A stretch of DNA of 57,338 nt, the filler included, from Streblomastix strix (lineage: Eukaryota): the NCBI GenBank assembly GCA_008636045.1. It is 3 parts of 3 records of this genome, joined end to end, with 100 filler letters (N's around TTAATTAATTAA, not from the genome) between each part and the next. Parts side by side here need not be neighbours in the genome. Positions count along the whole stretch, not along the records: positions 38,298 to 57,338 come from SNRW01000552.1; 2 more parts are not named here. One strand, given 5' to 3'. Position 1 is the first letter of the stretch, and every line of letters begins with the position of its first letter. Below the pieces are notes generated by a model. It worked only from the letters and a program-made list of their open reading frames with translations. It was not told the origin of the DNA and made no database searches. Position numbers and translations under genes: made by a program. Positions 54,368-57,338 of the stretch are shown here, piece after piece.

Positions 54368-57338
54368 ATGCCTTTGCTACCGATAAATACTTTTTTTTTC
54401 AAAAATCAATAAAATTGGACAATCCAATAACTTTATATATATATGTTCTTTAATAAAATTTTTAATATTTTTAATCTATATAAAATCAAGCTATAGTTTT
54501 ATTGCTGTATGCTGATAGTTATCCTTAATTTATTAAATTTTGAATAGAATTAAATTATCGCTATTTTTCTCTAAAAAGTGTGTTAAATACACTTGCATAC
54601 ACTTTATTATATTCATTTAAAAATCTAAATTTAAATAATTTACACAAAATTATGTATTTTTATTTCTATTATTAATAACACTTAAATTTTATTTATTTTT
54701 ATTTTTATTAAATGATTTTACTACCTTATTTTTTATAGTAATGCATAACCTGCGTCTTAACATCATACCTCCATAATTATTTTTTGACTTATCGAGGATC
54801 TGCCAGAATCTTTCCACAATTTAATCTAAGATACCATCAGACTTCATGTTTTCGTATGTATTGTTCTGTGACGGTGAACCTGTATGTTCTCCAAATTTGG
54901 GTTCATTTCATTCATTTACACCTTAAGAGACCTTTTTGTATGTAATATGCTTTATTATACTCTATATTTACATACTTCATATATATCTATATTAGGATTG
55001 ATGAATTTATAGATTTTCCATTAGCTGATCGTGTTCTCCCTCATGCAAGTGTTGTAGAAATAGCACTTTGGATATCTACAGGCCCATCAAAGATAACACC
55101 TCTATTTGTTGGTTCAATTCCGCTTTTCACAAAAAGAGGGAATTATAGAATTGGAATAAAGCAACTCCCACTAATTCCTGTAATTGATTATTAAACTTTA
55201 TCTGAAGTAACACAATTATCTTTGATTTGTGTTTGCGATTGGTTTGGTGCTGAACTTGCTTTACTTGAAAATTAATTAATAAATGGAAATAGGAAATCAT
55301 TAGAAGATATTTTTAACCTGAATAACTTCATAACACAGAAGCATGAATTATCATTAATTCACCCATCACTCCATTATACTAAATTATAAGAGTATTTAGA
55401 AAATGCATAATTCCTGAGGATATCATAAGCAGTTATTCAAGGAAAAGGGAAAGGAGTTGGTCCAGTAAGAATGTTAATTCCACCAGTTGGATGGATGGAC
55501 ACTGTTGCATCTGGAGCTATGCAGTAGATGGAGAAGGTTATACATTATATATTATATATTATATATTGTTTATTAGATATTATAAAATATTCATTTAATG
55601 TCACTTATTAAATATATTTGCTATCTCAGGAAATACCCAAATCATAATACTAAGCTGTAATACTTGAGATTGAGTTCCTTTCATATCCTGCTGGTCATAG
55701 GAAAGCCATTGATTCCGTATAACATATTAAAATATTCATTTATATACTAAATTTATTGTTATTTTATAGGAAATTGATACTGATTAACTTCTTATTGAAC
55801 CATCATCACATCTTCCTCAATTATAAATTCCTTCTTTTGGAACAGAATAAGAAGAAAGTTTGTAATTGATTAATATTCATAGTTATTAGTATTATTATAT
55901 ATATTATTTTTTTCATTTATTTTAATATTTTTTTTTTGGAATAAATCAGAAATATTTACTGAATATGACTAATATTGTTCATACATCTAGAAATAAAATT
56001 AGAATTTATATCCAGACTCTATATAATAATAATTAAATAATTAATATTAACTTCCAACTATTTAATCACAAGTTATTGTCTTTCCTTAATCATCATCTGA
56101 AACATAATAAACATAATCATCATCAACAACAACTAAATAACCTTAAGAATAATAATAATTATAAACTAAATAATCTTAATTATAATAAACTTCTATAATT
56201 AATCTTCCAAACAGCAGAGATAGAGCTTTGATATCTCCAATAAGTCCATATCCAATTTCGGCTTCTAAAAATATATAGAATTAATAATAAGCATATAATT
56301 AGACTTTGTAACAACACTAATAATAAATATAATAGAATTAAATTTAAGCTTATAATCCTTCAAGTATAAATACAGGAATAATTAATGAATAACCATCTTA
56401 ATTTGGTACACAGGCATAACCAACTATTAATTAGCCATTTTCATAACTTGCTAATTAAACTTTTAATTCTGTGTATTAATACGGAAATATAATTAATGTT
56501 TATGAAGAGTTACAAATATATGGAGAATAAGGTATATAAATATTCATTATATTCATTATATTAATATTTAATTACAAATTAAGATAATACTGATGGAGAA
56601 GGAAGATTTTAAAGGGATTAAATTGGATCTTCAATAATTTAGCATATTGATACTCTTGGAATTGGAGCGTATTAATGATATTAATTATATTAAAATTACT
56701 ATAATAAAATAATTTATTATATTTCTTTTATATTTTAATCTTTTTTTATTTATATTCTAATATATTCTAAGATTTCGACACATATAACAATTTCCAACAG
56801 AAGAAGACAGATTAAAATTAATGGTTAATATTTATCAAACTCTTCTTATTTTAGATTATTATTAAATCATTTATTTACATTTATTAGGAAATTGCTTTGA
56901 TTTCTCCAACTGATGAAATGAATGAAGCTTAAAGAACTTTATTGTGGAGATTTAGGTCTAATGATTTGATATAATTTGATTTATATTTCATTATATAATA
57001 TCTTTATTAATCTCACTAATCATCTGTCAATATAAAATATAATATAATTAGATCAGTGGCTGTAAATGATCCTTCTCTTTTATATAGATTTGTGCAAGTT
57101 GTTAATTGGGATGACACTGCTGATGCTGCTGAAGCCATGGTATAACATATTATATATTAATATATTATATAAATATATTATATAACATATTATATAACAT
57201 ATTATATAACATATTATATAACATATATTATATAAATATATTATTTTAACATATTATATAACATATTATATATTAATATATTATATTATATTATATTATA
57301 TTATATTATATTATATTATATTATATTATATTATATTA
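54368..57338 (+). CDS. VPS34: Class III PI3-kinase Vps34, N-terminal part (C2 and start of helical domain); start uncertain, 3' end off window
   Basis: C2: DEFIDFPLADRVLPHASVVEIALW...GSIPLFTKRGNYRIG, VGWMDTVA, LEIEF. Helical: PTEEDRLKL...PTDEMNEAQRTLLWRFR...LYRFVQVVNW. Confidence 0.8.
57145..57338. repeat. Intronic AT-rich tandem repeats (ACATATTATATA)n and (TTATA)n
   Basis: Direct reading. Confidence 0.9.

Overview
The window is three unrelated eukaryotic contigs (1-19052, 19153-38197, 38298-57338) joined by 100-nt N/TTAATTAATTAA/N spacers. The DNA is very AT-rich and intron-rich, and uses the alternative nuclear code in which TAA/TAG = Gln and only TGA = stop. The supplied ORF track therefore fragments or misses most genes, and all translations below were done by eye with TAA/TAG = Q. 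Code, intron style and Gln-rich proteins fit an oxymonad such as Streblomastix strix (inference). Contig 1 is a nested, decaying endogenous Polinton/Maverick-like virus region: putative major capsid protein, a protein VI-like amphipathic peptide, fibre-like repeats, two KilA-N genes, two rve integrases, a protein-primed PolB with an HNH insert, and AGTAGT-type ends. Inside it sits a near-intact ~3.9 kb module: an AEP primase-SF3 helicase, a small stand-alone paralog of the helicase C-terminal domain, and three cassettes of 9-bp iteron-like repeats. A sequence-shifted version of the same cassette brackets an integrase module. This replicon-like system is the strongest candidate for something undescribed. 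Contig 2 has a pogo-like transposase pseudogene split by a MITE, a Sola2-type transposon carrying captured Hsp90 fragments, RPL41, an OTU deubiquitinase and a very large Gln-rich gene. Contig 3 is housekeeping: a coiled-coil protein, Rpt1, an RCC1-like protein, a HEAT-like protein, Rvb1, a TRIM37-like RING/B-box/MATH ligase and the 5' part of Vps34. Exon boundaries and pseudogene ends are approximate.
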